DNA from: Octopus bimaculoides
Taxonomy: Eukaryota
Reading direction: 5' to 3'
Length of the DNA stretch: 39,558 bases
Assembly (NCBI RefSeq): GCF_001194135.2
Contig: NC_069000.1
Coordinates: 1,337,831-1,377,388, forward strand
Position numbers and translations under genes: made by a program. Of this stretch, positions 9,901-21,750 are shown one piece after another. The notes under the pieces are model-generated. The model did no database searches. It saw only the letters and a list, made by a program, of their open reading frames with translations, and had not been told where the DNA came from. Positions within the stretch are counted from its first letter, which is position 1; the number at the start of each line of letters is the position of its first letter.

Positions 9901-10950
9901 ATACACTACATCTGAAAAGTAAGGCATAATGGTCATGGCTGGAAGGCTTTCAATTGTAGATTTCCTCTGTCATTGGCTGATCTGGGATTAAACAACATTT
10001 CTAGTGCAATCAACACCATTCCCACAACATCAACAACACTGAGTCAATAATGAGCCTGTATGTGGTCATCGAAGTGCTAGAAATAGCAGCTAAATTTCCC
10101 TGAAATCACAATCTACGTCTGGCCTTTAAAGAAAGGAAACAGCACTCATTAAATAATTTAGTCCTAGATAAACATATCCACCCTGCCCCATCCCATGCAT
10201 AAAGAGAAAATGGGTGATTACAGCTGCAAATCCTTTGATTGTCAGTTTTTTGCACTCAAATGTGAATGGCTGGAAGCTAAATAACAACTACAAAATGACT
10301 GTACCCCCCCCCCCACAACCACCACCTCAACAACAACAATCTCATTGCTTTCTCTTCCTCTTCCAATACCACCACCACAAATATCACCTCTTCCTATTCC
10401 ACCACCACCACCACCATCATCACTAAATTGACACAATTTAGAGCAGCGTTGCTTACCCAAACTATTTTCAACCATTTCAGTGTTTAATACATTCCACTAA
10501 CTCAACTAGGACAAACAGACAGAAACAAACATCTCTGCCACACTCACTCTGATGGTGACTCATCTGAGGCGGACTTCACTGAAATGTGAAAGCATGAACC
10601 ATTGTTTCACTGGTCTCAGTTTTCTTCCATCTCCAATCTCTGATCCACCTGTCCGTCTCACTGCCTCCAAGCCTCTTGATCAAATCCCCAACACACCCAC
10701 TTCATTTTAACCACATCGTATTCTATGTCTTTTAGTTAAATAACATCTTCTTCCCCCCGCCACCACACATACACACCCATAATCTGTTTCCCCATCAAAT
10801 TCCTAAACTATTACACACTTCTTAACTGTTTAACTAATCTTTATATTAATAAAACAGGCAACTAAACTACTTAACACACGATACTTTTAATCAATTAAAA
10901 TTACAAACTTAATTAGAAGACAAAATGAAAAAAGAAAAGTAATCAATGAT

Positions 10951-11105
10951 GTTGTGTGGTAAGACGCTTGCTTCCCAACCACATGGTTCCGGGTTCAGTC
11001 CCACTGTGTGACACCTTGGGCAAGTGTTTTCTAATATTATCTCAGGTAACCCAAAACTTGGTGAGTGGGTTTGGTAGATAGAAACTGAAAGAAGCCCATC
11101 GTATA
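10951..11105 (+). mobile_element. tRNA-derived SINE family C
   Basis: A-box-like gttgtgtggtaag, B-box-like ggttcagtccc, body ending gaaactgaaagaagcccatcgtata; homologues at 11625, 12518, 16407, 21462 and 36480. Confidence 0.82.
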
Positions 11106-11420
11106 TCATCATCATCATCATCGTTTAACATCCATTTTCCATGCTGGCATAGGCTGGATGGTTCAACTGGGATCTGGGAAGCCAGGAGGCTGCACCACGC
11201 TCCAATCTGATCTGGCAGCTTTTCTACAGCTGGATGCCCTTTCTAATGCCAACCACTCTGAGAGTGTAGTGGGTGCTTTTTACATGCCACCGGCACAGGG
11301 GCCACAGGGGGCTGGCATCGACCACGATTGGATGGGGCTTTTTACGTGCCACCAACACAGGAGCCAGTCAGGGCAAGGAGGCTGGCATCGACCATATTCA
11401 GATGGTCTTTTTATGTGCCA
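11106..11420 (-). mobile_element. RTE-LINE 3' UTR with (GAT)n tail and internal tandem repeats
   Basis: catcatcatcatcatcgtttaacatcc...ctggatgccctttctaatgccaaccactctgagagtgtagtggg; three copies of tttta(c/t)(a/g)tgccac. Confidence 0.75.
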
Positions 11421-11454
11421 CTGGCAAGGGGATGTCTGTGTTTGTCCCCCACCC

Positions 11455-11620
11455 ACCATCGCTTGACAACCGATGTTGGTGTGTTTCCATCCCCATAACT
11501 TAGTAGTTCGGCAAAAAAAAAAAGAGACTGATAGAATAAGTCCTGGGGTCAATTTGTTCAACTATAGGTGGTGCTCCACCAGGGCCACAGTCAAATGGCT
11601 GAAACCAATAAAAGAATAAA
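11455..11620 (+). mobile_element. SINE family B
   Basis: catcgcttgacaaccgatgttggtgtg...gttcggcaaaa...ataagtcctggggtc...ggtgctcc...cagtcaaatggctgaaac. Confidence 0.78.
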
Positions 11621-11624
11621 AATT

Positions 11625-11778
11625 GGTGCAGGCTGTGTGGTAAGGAGTTTCCTTCCCAACCCCATGGTCCCAAGTTCAGTCCTACTGTGTGACACCTCAG
11701 GTGCCTTCTAATATCACCTCAGGTGACCCGAAGCTGATGAGTGGATTTTGATAGGTGGAAACTGAAAGAAGCCCATCA
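11625..11778 (+). mobile_element. SINE family C
   Basis: ggtgcaggctgtgtggtaag...caagttcagtcct...gaaactgaaagaagccc. Confidence 0.78.
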
Positions 11779-11780
11779 AA

Positions 11781-11958
11781 TATTGGGTTGTCCGGAAAGT
11801 TCGTGCTGATTTATAAAGGAAAGAAAAAGGTCAATAAATACTTGCCATTACATTTTTATTCAAGCAAATATGAACCATTGTGTTGCACAATGCGTCTCCA
11901 TCTTTCCTTTAACTTGAAAATACCCTCTTCCCAGAATTGAGGTGGTTTCATGGCAAAT
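11781..11958 (-). mobile_element. Mariner right end: terminal repeat plus transposase C-terminus
   Basis: TIR-like tattgggttgtccggaaagttcgtg; the minus strand reads FAMKPPQFWEEGIFKLKERWRRIVQHNGSYLLE*, the mariner GIxKLxxRWxxxxxxxGxY motif. Confidence 0.82.
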
Positions 11959-12517
11959 AAGCTGTTTGTCTAGGACTTAAAACCCTGGGTAACCTTCTGA
12001 ACCGGTTATATTCTCTAAATATATATTACACACACGATGAACTTCAGAATTACTTCTATCGACTAAATCCCACTCACAGCCAAAGAAGACCGAATACTCT
12101 GATATCCTGTGACTGTATCAAACAAGGACGAAAATGACTACAAACGTCTGGAAAACAGCGATCTTTCAACAGAGGCTATCGAAAAACTGTATTACCCTAA
12201 CAAACGCAGTAAGAGTTGTTGCTGCTGCTTTTTGTTTGTTTGTTTTTCTATTCAATTAATTTCGATTTAAATGAACTAATCAAGAAAAATCAACTGATCA
12301 AAAAAAAAAACGAAAAAGTAAAAATATGTACTTTGTCTAAGGGGAATAACCATTATCATAAACGTCCTTTAGGAATAGTTGTTTCCCTTGAAACTTAAAG
12401 CCTACACACACTCTAAAGGTAGAGCAATAAAGTATTCACCTGAAGCTAAATATATGTCCTCCCCTCATAGAGTGGTCAATTGTTTCACATCCATAAAGTG
12501 CCAAGCTTTATAGATGA

Positions 12518-12654
12518 TTTGTCAGACTACTAAATCCACTCACAAGGCTCTGGCTGACCCAGGGCCATAGAAGACACTTGCCCAAGGTGCTACACAGTGG
12601 GACTGAACCCAGAACCACATGGTCGAGAGGCAAGTTTCTTAACCACACAACCAC
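12518..12654 (-). mobile_element. SINE family C
   Basis: aatccactcacaaggctc...gacacttgcccaaggtgc...gggactgaaccc...aaccacacaacc is the reverse complement of family C. Confidence 0.78.
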
Positions 12655-12971
12655 CCACATGAAACAACAATCAACAGGTGAATGGATCAATTTACTCAAA
12701 GGAATGAAAATGGATGTTGTGACGTTCGTGCCTTTTCAAAGAGTATTTAGAGAGTAAGTGAACTCGCTGCAACAAGAAATTGAACCCATGCCACTTAGAT
12801 TAGGTTTATCAACACCAAACCATTCCATAATGCTTCTCAATGCAAAACACATTTGTTTTTTTAACTTCAAAGAAACAAAGATTTCTTTTTTTAAATATTT
12901 TTTCAGACATTCCTTTTAATTTAAATGTTCTCATTCTCGTAGTAAATATTTAGGATGAAAAGTCAGTATAT

Positions 12972-13025
12972 TTTATTTACAACATTATACAGCAACAACT
13001 GTTGATTGTGCAGTTAAATTTTATT
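12972..13025 (-). terminator. Candidate TRAPPC2L polyadenylation signals (two AATAAA)
   Basis: First minus-strand AATAAA hexamers I found after the stop, at 13025-13020 and 12977-12972, implying a 3' UTR of about 1 kb. Confidence 0.35.
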
Positions 13026-13460
13026 TTGTTTTCAGTTTTTTGTTTTTGTTTTTGTTTTGTCATCATGTCTAGGGAGGCAGAGACACCTCTGGGATCAGAA
13101 GGGTTTAGAAAATGAGTGGGCAAAGAGGGAAGAGATGGTGGGGGTGAATTGAAGGGAGAACCTCATAGCTGACTGTTTATGGCAGGTTTAGAATATAAGT
13201 GGTGACAGGAGTTATACAAGATAAATTAAGCTTTATGGAATCAAGGAGTTGTGTTGTGATGTTTTCTGTGTAGCTTAAAAGAACAAAGAGAGAGAAGCTT
13301 TGGAGGAGAGAGATAGGGAGGGAGGGGAAGAGTGTGTGTGTGTTATGCAAATGAGTTAGGTGCAGGGCAAAAGAAGCAGTCAGCATATTTTGGAGAAGCA
13401 ATGCTTTTTCCTTTCCTCCAGTGACATTAGAATACAGCTGCATTGTGCAGCCTACAATAC

Positions 13461-13499
<39 letters not shown>

Positions 13500-13510
13500 C
13501 AGTAGTAGTA
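13461..13510. repeat. (AGT)n microsatellite
   Basis: Direct reading. Confidence 0.95.
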
Positions 13511-14025
13511 CAATAACAACAACAGGCAGCTGAGTCAAAACGGTACAAGATTATGGTGGATTGGTGTAGAGGTGACTAGAGTTGGTTTGGGAGCGTTGAC
13601 TTCAGGTAACAACAACAGAAGAATGCAATTTGCCATTTCAGGTGTGAGACCAGTGTTCTCTATAATGGAATGTATTCCGGCTTTGTGAAGAAAATGTCCA
13701 GAAGTGCTCAGAGCTGAAGTGAATGCCAAGTTTTTCTCCCACCTCAACCAAAATTCCTTAGGGAGTCCACATTGATTTGTAACACAAACCCTTGTCATTG
13801 TCCACATGAAAACCTTGAAATTGAAATATAAATAATCTAATGCCGTCTGTAAGATAAATCATGCTACAACTTTCAGACATGTTATTCTTCAAATAATGGT
13901 TAGAGTAAAACAGACAGCAGGCTTTATATTTTCTTCCTCTTTGCTGTGAGCTGATGACATCATCATCATCAACAACAACAACACAACTCATTATATCTGA
14001 CCATTCTTCAAGGAATATAATATTC

Positions 14026-14068
14026 TCACTCTTGTTGCATCATAGAATTAATTACATTTTCAAAAGAT
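14026..14068 (-). CDS. TRAPPC2L: TRAPPC2L exon 5 (terminal)
   Basis: tttccttttcag|A TCT TTT GAA AAT GTA ATT AAT TCT ATG ATG CAA CAA GAG TGA = (K)SFENVINSMMQQE*; resembles the family C-terminus AFDNMVTSMM. Confidence 0.88.
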
Positions 14069-15524
14069 CTGAAAAGGAAAAAGAAACAAGTATTAGAAAT
14101 TCTTTAATTTCAGAAATCTCATTCTTCACTATTTCTCTGCCATTCTACTTTCTACTGTTGTCTTTCTTTACTTCATTTTTCACTGATTACTATTCCTTCT
14201 TTTATCCTTTCCCCATGAACTGCACAACACCTGTCAACACTATACAATGAGCTCATTCTTGTTGTTGTTGTTATTATTATTATTCTTATTTTCATCACAT
14301 GCTTTCAATGCACTACCCCAAGCGCAGCTCTCTGTGCCTTGGGTATGTGCTGTGGTTTGTTGTGGTGCTCTTATTTTCACTGTATTGAAAGTGCTTCATG
14401 TTGGATGTGTGCAGTGCCTAGTGGTTTTCTCTGTACCATAGCACCAGTGTTGTGCCAGGTGTATGGTAAAGTAAGGTTCAGGAGGTCAGGGCTCAAAGGG
14501 TTAAGATTCAATGAGGGGGAGCTTGATACATCAATGTCTGAGTCTCATGAGTCTCATTTTGACGGCTGAGCCTTCTAAAAATAGGAGCCAAATCACTCAA
14601 ATCACATGCCAACATCTTTAAAAAAAGGAGGAATATATTAGACAAACTGTGTTTGAAAGACGAGATGATCCTGAATAGAATGTCCTTAACTATAGGTCTG
14701 TAGATTCAGGGCTAACTCATGTGAAATCCAGCATCCTCAGATCTAATCTCATCACTTCCTCTATCTTCATTCGCCCGTTCTTTCCTACAAATACACAATT
14801 TTTTTTTTTACTCAGCATAAGTTGTCCATCACAGCCTATGGCCAACCTTTGCTGTCCTCCTCAGCTCCCAGTTTCAATGCTTGGATGTGAAGAAGAAATC
14901 AGTGACAGAGAACTGAAAGTTTGGTATGGAAGGCTTAATAAGAAAATCAAGCCAGGGAGTGGGGGGGGGCAAGGAAAAGTGTGAATATACACATTATACT
15001 TCCAAAACCTCAGATCTGTTGAAAAGAGTGGGGGGGGGGCTTCTCAAACACTGCATATCACCTGTCATCATGGATCTTAGTTACCTCCTCCATGAGAATT
15101 AAAGCCCTGAAGTCACTACTTTGTCCCATGTCTTCCTGGGACTCCATTTCTCACAAATTCCATCCATATTAAGCGATCAACATTCTTATATAAAGCTGTT
15201 TTTTTTAACGCACATAAAATATATATATATGTCAGTAGGTCAACACCAACATAATATATATATATATAGACAGACACACACACATGAGTTGGTTCACACA
15301 ACACAATATATATAAAAGTGGGTCAACTCCAGCTTAATATACATATAAATACCTGTTAATCAATGCCAGTCTAACATAAACCAATATATAAAGCTACCTG
15401 CGTTTTACTAAATTTCTTCATAATGTTAGGCAACCCATCAGGTGGTCAGTGCTAAGAAACAGACCCATGAAAGGATTAATGTTTGGTTTATAGCAAAGAT
15501 GGAAGAGTAAAATGGGAGACTTAC

Positions 15525-15604
15525 TTGGAAGTGATGGTTTCCCCTGGAGTGTAGAATGGATTGCAAAGCATATCAACATATGCATTGTGGAGTTTTTTAA
15601 ACAT
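15525..15604 (-). CDS. TRAPPC2L: TRAPPC2L exon 4
   Basis: tgtttcag|[26 protein letters not shown] aa|gtaagt; 80 nt. Confidence 0.95.
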
Positions 15605-15640
15605 CTGAAACAGACAAATTTAAATAATAGGTATGTTATA

Positions 15641-15877
15641 TCATCATCATCGTTTAATGGCGGCTTTCCATGCTGACATAGGTTGGACGGTTTGACTGGG
15701 GACTGGCGAGCCAGGAGGCTGCACCAGGCTCCAATCTGATCTGGCAAGGTTTCTACAGCTGGATGCCTTTCTTAATGCCAATCACTCTGAGAGTGTAGTG
15801 GGTGCCTTTTATGTGCCACCAGCACTGGAGCCAGTCAGGGGGCACTGGCATCGGCCACGTTTGGATGGTGCTTTTTA
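15641..15877 (-). mobile_element. RTE-LINE 3' end in TRAPPC2L intron 3, sense to the gene
   Basis: tcatcatcatcgtttaatggcggctttccatgctg...ctggatgcc...gagagtgtagtgggtgcc. Confidence 0.75.
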
Positions 15878-16159
15878 AAGAGAGAGAGAGAGAGATAGAG
15901 AGATGGATGGATGGATTAGTTATAGGTTTCATTAGAATCTAGGGCCATCAATACACAGGATGCCTGAATTGGCAAGGTACTATAACATAGGGTTCACAGT
16001 GAGGTAAAACAACCATGAGGTACCATGTGTTGGTAGGATACTGCAGCTATGTAGATATGTAAGAATCAGATCCAATTTAAACTGCAGACCCAGCTCAGAG
16101 TCAATTCTAGATGTGGCGTAGAAATTAAAAAGAACACACACATATATATATTTTTTTTT

Positions 16160-16528
16160 ATTTGTTTACTTGTTTCAGTCATTTGACTGTGGCCATGCTA
16201 GAGCACCACCTTTAGTCAAACAAATTGACCCCAGGACTTATTCTTTGTAAGCTTAGTACTTATTTCTATTGGCCTGTTTTGCCGAACCGCTAAGTTACAG
16301 GGACATAAACACACCAACATCAGTCATCACAGACACACAAATACATACATACACACAGCCTTGGATTTTTTTATCTCATTCTGTTAATTTATATATATAT
16401 ATATATGATGGGCTTCTTTCAGTTTCTCTCTAGAAAATCCACTCACAAGGTTTTGATCACCTTTGAGGCTATAGTAGAAGATATTTGCCCAAGGTGTCAC
16501 AAAATAGGACTGAACCACACAGCCACGT
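16160..16528 (-). mobile_element. SINE family B (16160-16330) and family C (16407-16528) copies in TRAPPC2L intron 3
   Basis: Reverse-complement matches to the other in-window copies. Confidence 0.75.
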
Positions 16529-16575
16529 CTACACATTGAACAATGAGCAACATAAAACATGTATCAATGACTTAC

Positions 16576-16663
16576 ACTTCTGATTTCATTGTCTCGCAAT
16601 GACGTATTGGATGATTCGACCACAATCACAAATTTCACTTTGGTATTGGTCACATAGCCATAC
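16576..16663 (-). CDS. TRAPPC2L: TRAPPC2L exon 3
   Basis: ccatcag|[30 protein letters not shown]|gtaagt; 88 nt. Confidence 0.96.
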
Positions 16664-16815
16664 CTGATGGATGGGAAGTCAAGGAAAACCAACAAAGAAT
16701 TCACCATTTTAATAAACAGAAACACTTTTAGCTATGAGTGATTTATATCACTTTTACAGTTTATTAGATGGCAATGGATATAAAAGACTGATTAAGTATC
16801 AAGTCTGAAGGATAC
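16664..16815 (-). other. U12-type (minor spliceosome) GT-AG intron, TRAPPC2L intron 2
   Basis: 5' site GTATCCTTC; branch TTTTCCTTGAC (16688-16678) with the A 15 nt from the 3' end; no long polypyrimidine tract. Confidence 0.85.
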
Positions 16816-16988
16816 ACTTTATAGTCTTCAGTTGGATAAAGCAATCCAAGGTAGAGTTCCCGCAGGTCATTGGTGTTTTTACCAACAGAAGAAATTTTCT
16901 CTTCAACCACATCTAAAGATGTATGGACTGTATAATAGAACTTGAGTTCGTTGTCCGTTGGAATGGTTTTGATGTAGAGGGGGTAATT
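16816..16988 (-). CDS. TRAPPC2L: TRAPPC2L exon 2
   Basis: cttcttgcag|[59 protein letters not shown]|; 173 nt. Confidence 0.97.
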
Positions 16989-17994
16989 CTGCAAGAAGAC
17001 AAAATTGAAATGGCATTAAAGACAAAAAAAAATGATTGAGGAGCTTTCGTGTTGACATCTCTTCTCTTTCACTTCGCTACAGGTTGAACAGGTGTGCAAA
17101 TCAGGTATCAGTTCCTCGTCATTATCTCTACACTATGAGACGAAGCTTTCAATGAAACCCTAACCCTTCACTTAAAAGGAGTGGAACATTGTCCTGGTTT
17201 TTAGTGCCATTCAGGGAATTGCTAACAAGTTGTAGAAAAGCCGAAAATTACTGAGTCCTAATAAGATCTCAATCACATCTCACAGCATCACCAAATCATA
17301 GAAATAAGCCATATTCCATCTTGTCCTGGGATCAAATAAATCTGTTGTCATAATTATCAAAGATAAGTATTAGGCATGGTCAAATAATTAAGAAGTTTGG
17401 TTTGTAATGACGAGATGTTGGTTTCAATCCTACTGGCTGGCATCTTGGGCAAATGTCTTTTACCAAAGCCCTGGGCTGAACTAAACCTCGTTAGTGAAAT
17501 TAGACAGATAACAGCTATTTCAAAGTCATTCTGATGGATTTGGTCCTGTAACATAACAGTCCAAAGACAGAAGCCCTCACCGGTTGCAAGGATAACTAGA
17601 AATAGCAGCCAAATCTTTCCGAATTACACCGCACACACTCTCTCTCAAAAAAAGGAAGGAGATATTAGATAAAATATTAGCTAAGACAGGGTTGTCATGG
17701 TCGGAATGACTTCGATCACAAATCAGTTTAATCAACTATAATCTGAAGTTATACAATTACAATAACATATTCCTCACACGCTGAAAGAATCGTCGATTTT
17801 TGTTGAAAGAGGTGTGTCGGAGGAAAGCGAAACAGCGCAAAGATTTCGTGAAATATCGCTTTTTTCTTTTTTTGTTTTTTTTTTCGTCCTCTCAAAAAAA
17901 TTACAGAAGAGAAATTTAATGACAAAACAGAAAGTTTAATGAGAATAAATAAAAAACGGAGAGACGAAGTAAATAACGCTTGGAAGTTGGTTAC

Positions 17995-18027
17995 CTCTTT
18001 GGCGACGACAGCCACACAGACAGCCAT
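17995..18027 (-). CDS. TRAPPC2L: TRAPPC2L exon 1 (coding part)
   Basis: MAVCVAVVAKE|gtaacc; 33 nt. The five exons sum to 417 nt = 138 aa plus stop, of the sedlin/TRAPPC2L family. Confidence 0.95.
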
Positions 18028-18034
18028 TGTTGTT

Positions 18035-18735
18035 AGAGCGCAGCGAAGGAGAAAGGCTGGGAGAACAGCGAGAGTGGGAGAGAGAAAGACTATAAGAACA
18101 GACAGGGGAAAGGAGGGAGGGAAAAGTAATAGAAGAGGAAGAGAGAAGTAAGAATGTGGAGGAAAGCGGAGGAGGAAAAGAAAGAGTAAATGAAGGAAGG
18201 AGGGGGAGAAGAAAAAAAAATGATACTAAGTAAAGAGAGAAAAAGTAATCGCAAAGGGGGACGTGGGAAAAGAGTAAGAGGAAAGTGAGAGAGGAGAAAC
18301 AATACTATAGGAAGGGGAGGGAAGAGCGTGGGTGAAGTAATAACGGGGAGGAAAGAAGAGAGTGAGAGAAGGAGGTCAATGAATGCAACAGCAAGGCGGA
18401 GGAGGAGAGAAAGGACAATAAGGGAGATGGGTAAAGTAATGCGTGAGAAGGAGGTTTAGGAAGGAAGAGGAGAGAGAGTTGACAGGGAGAAGTAAGAGAT
18501 AGAAGAAGGTAGATGAAGACGTAACAGAAACGAGAGGTGAATGCAATGTCAGGTGAAGAAGGTGGTGGGGAGAAAAGATCATTGAAATAAGAGCATATGA
18601 GGAATAGGAGGAGAAGAAGGGGAGGATATGGAGATTGTAAAAGAATAAAGATGAGTGGGGAGAAGAAAAAAGGCAAAAACAACAGAAATAGGAGGAGAGG
18701 GAGAGATGTGGGCGGAGGCAGCGGACAAAAGGTGT
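18035..18735. repeat. Purine-rich (GA) low-complexity tract over the TRAPPC2L 5' UTR/promoter
   Basis: The plus strand is overwhelmingly A/G; this generates the F/L/S/P-rich spurious ORFs on the minus strand. Confidence 0.85.
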
Positions 18736-18894
18736 TCGTCTGCAGGCGTATTGTAACGACAATTATAACACAGGAGTCTCAAATGGTTTCCTCTTCAAAA
18801 GTATTTTCTTCTGCATACATAGCTATCGTTCTGGGAAAACTTCTCATATTTTTTTATTCTACTCTAAGCACAAGGCCAGAAATTTTTGGGGAGG

Positions 18895-19110
18895 GGGCCA
18901 CCCGATTAGATCGACACCTGAACACAACTGGATGAAAGGCAAAGTCGACCTCGGCGGAATTCGAACTCAGAACAGGCGAAATAAACGATAAAATAAGTAT
19001 CAGGCATAGAAATAAGTCCTGGGGTTGATTCGCACGATCAAAAACCTGTGAAAGCGCTGCCCCAGCATGGCCGCAGTCTAATGCCTGAAACAAATAAAGG
19101 GGTAAAAGAG
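18895..19110. mobile_element. Adjacent SINE A fragment (minus) and SINE B fragment (plus)
   Basis: ggatgaaaggcaaagtcgacctcggcggaattcgaactcagaac, then ataagtcctggggttgattcgc...ccagcatggccgcagtctaatgcctgaaac. Confidence 0.75.
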
Positions 19111-19424
19111 ATAAGAACAAAAATCACAGGAGTTATTTCCCTTTGGCCATAGACGTTTTAATGTTTTAATTCTTGAAGAGAAGTGTTGCCGCCAGGAAGA
19201 ACTTTCAGTTGCGAAATTGTTTTAAGTTGAAAAATTCTCTGTTTTGCTAAAGTTATTTTCTTTAATGTCAATTTTAAGTAAGCTTCAAAAATTTTCAAGG
19301 AACTTCAGACATTGGGCCTCACAGAGGGGCTGACAAGGGACCGAGTCTTCTGGCCATTTGCTGTGCTTGAGAAGACATGACAAGCTAAGTAAAATCATGG
19401 TTGTCCATGCATACAGGCATGTCC

Positions 19425-19656
19425 CCTACAACCCTCTTCAGGTGAGTGATCCTTAGCTTGCAGGCTCATGAGTGCTGGTGCCCCATAAAAGCACCCAGTA
19501 CATTCTGTAAAACGGTTGGTGTTAGGAAGGGCATCTAGCCAGAGAAACCATGCCAAAACAGACATGGAGCCCGGGCAGTTCTTCAGCTGGCCAACTCCTG
19601 TTAAACCATCCAACCCATGCCAGCATGGAAAATGGATGTTAAATGATGATGATGAT
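19425..19656 (+). mobile_element. RTE-LINE 3' end with (GAT)n tail
   Basis: aggaagggcatctagcc...ccatccaacccatgccagcatggaaaatggatgttaaatgatgatgatgatg. Confidence 0.75.
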
Positions 19657-20933
19657 GTGTGCGTGTGTGTGTGTAAACCAAAGCATCAAGATATGTTTCG
19701 TTATTGCAAAAGTGATGTAACCTAGCCATTCACTAAATAGAGATCAATAAAATAAGTACCCGGCTGAAATAATTATTGGGGTTCTTAATGATTAAGTGAA
19801 GGTGCATGGCCTTGTGTCTAGGGTGTTCTGTGCATGATCCCTAAGTTGTGGGTTCAGCCATGGGAGCAGCATGTTAGGTCCTTGAATGAGACAATTTGTT
19901 TCCCATTGCTTCAGTTTAGTCATCTGATAATGAATAGAGCCCTGCTGCCACATCCTGGATGTTCTGTTGGATAGAGAGTGGGAAGGACAAGATGTTTATG
20001 TGTGTTCATGATTACACGGATACCTGAAACAGTTAACAAAGGCAAGGTACATCATGGGTACCTGAAACAATTAACCAAAGTATGGTACATGCTGCCACCA
20101 AGTCATACTCATTTGTGAGTGAAGGCCATGATTTTTTCGGGGGGTTAACTAAAAAAATCCATTGAAGGTTAATACTCCAGTATTGACCTGAGTGAAATCT
20201 GTCAAAATAGGCAAGCAACTAAAATGGATGATTTAAAGAGAATGGAGATAATTAAGATTAGCCACAGTAAACAGAGCTTACATCGTTAAGTCATTAAACA
20301 TGGCAGGCAAACAGAATTATTAATTCATTTGTTCATTCAAACAATGGTTGTGGCTCTCAATGAATGAATGTCTGCATGTGGTCTTCACTTTCCTTTCAAT
20401 GTATTTGTAAATAATCTGACAGAAAAGTTGAAGAAATAAATTCATGTCGATACAATATCTACACCAAAGCAGTTTACATTGTATAGAACACAATTTAATG
20501 GTGTTTGTAAAGAAAGAATTATTGATCAAATCCAAAGAATGTCTTGAAAGTTGTGAAAAAGTAAAGTGAAAACAAAATAAGGCAAATAAGTTTATTTTAA
20601 TTTTACACAATTAATTACATAAATATTCTGTACTTAATTACATAATTATGTACTTAATTACATGAACTGAGAAAAACATTGGTGTGTGTACTACACACTT
20701 TCCTTCCAAGCATTGCTGTAAACAGCAGAAGTAAGCTAGAACATTAAAACTTAGTACACATGCACAGCAGAGTGCAAGGTCAACCTTTGCCAAGTGACTT
20801 CACCCTACATGCTTTAGCTTCGTTACTATAGCAACAGTCTGGATACTTATTGATCAGACCACATATATATATATAAATATATTTATATATACTCATATAC
20901 ATACATATAGATTGCATATATAGATTATATATA

Positions 20934-20985
<52 letters not shown>

Positions 20986-21461
20986 TAGATAGATAGATTA
21001 CACACACACACTATAAAAGTCCTGTTAAAAACCATTGACCAGTACAATGTAAATTCACTTTACAACCTCCATTGAATCCATCCATCGTCAGGTGGTTGTT
21101 AAGGAAGAAAATAATATGCCAGACATTCTTCAGCAGACAACTCACATATAATCCAAATGTTTCTTTGCTGCTCATTAGCAATCAGTCAATCAAACAATCA
21201 ATCAATCAACCAACTTCAACATGGCTGCCTTGGTCGAGACCCTCATTACAATGTACAGACAGAGAAAAGAGTTAATCAATGAGCTTCTGTGTATCTCTGC
21301 CTCTCGTTCTTATTGACTCGGTTTATAATCTGGAGATTGGTGGACTCCAGATGGAAAGTTAAACACAACTAGCTTTTAAAATTAGAAATTTAGGAAATAA
21401 ATTAAAAACAAATGAAAAAGAAGGTATTGACTGTTTTGTTTTATTAATCATCTTTATGTAT

Positions 21462-21623
21462 AGGAACAGGCGTGGCTGTGTAATAAGAAGTTTGCTTCTT
21501 ATTACATGGTTCCAGGTTCAGTCCCACTGCGTGGCACTTTGGGGCAAGTGTCTTCCGCTATAGCCTCAGCTCAGGCTGACCAAAGACGTGTTGTGAATTT
21601 TGTAGACAGAAACTGAAAGCCCA
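21462..21623 (+). mobile_element. SINE family C running into a (TA)n tract and the gap
   Basis: ggcgtggctgtg...ggttccaggttcagtcccactgcgtggcac...gaaactgaaagccc. Confidence 0.8.
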
Positions 21624-21634
21624 TTATATATATA

Positions 21635-21729
21635 NNNNNNNNNNNNNNNNNNNNNNNNNNNNNNNNNNNNNNNNNNNNNNNNNNNNNNNNNNNNNNNNNN
21701 NNNNNNNNNNNNNNNNNNNNNNNNNNNNN
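21635..21729. other. Assembly gap (95 N) inside a (TA)n tract
   Basis: N run flanked by TA repeats. Confidence 1.
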
Positions 21730-21750
21730 ATATATATAATATAATATATA

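Noticed and set aside
13535-13807. 90-aa minus-strand ORF downstream of TRAPPC2L
   Set aside because: Lies in the probable 3' UTR and has no recognisable domain.
15116-15304. ORF ending ALYKNVDRLIWMEF...GTK* as an alternative TRAPPC2L last exon
   Set aside because: The acceptor lacks a pyrimidine tract and is in the wrong phase; 14068-14026 fits the family far better.
17405-17480. C/D-box snoRNA-like ATGACGA...CTGA in TRAPPC2L intron 1
   Set aside because: The sequence is a degraded SINE C body and has no terminal stem.
18090-18935. Cluster of 67-128 aa ORFs
   Set aside because: Artefacts of the purine/pyrimidine low-complexity tract.
20021-20090. 38-bp-period two-copy tandem duplication (tacctgaaaca...ggtacat)
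   Set aside because: Only two diverged copies with no spacer structure; not CRISPR-like, ordinary slippage.
21221-21316. 31-aa ORF MAALVETLITMYRQRKELINELLCISASRSY with a good Kozak context
   Set aside because: No recognised homolog, donor or promoter; expected by chance without expression data.
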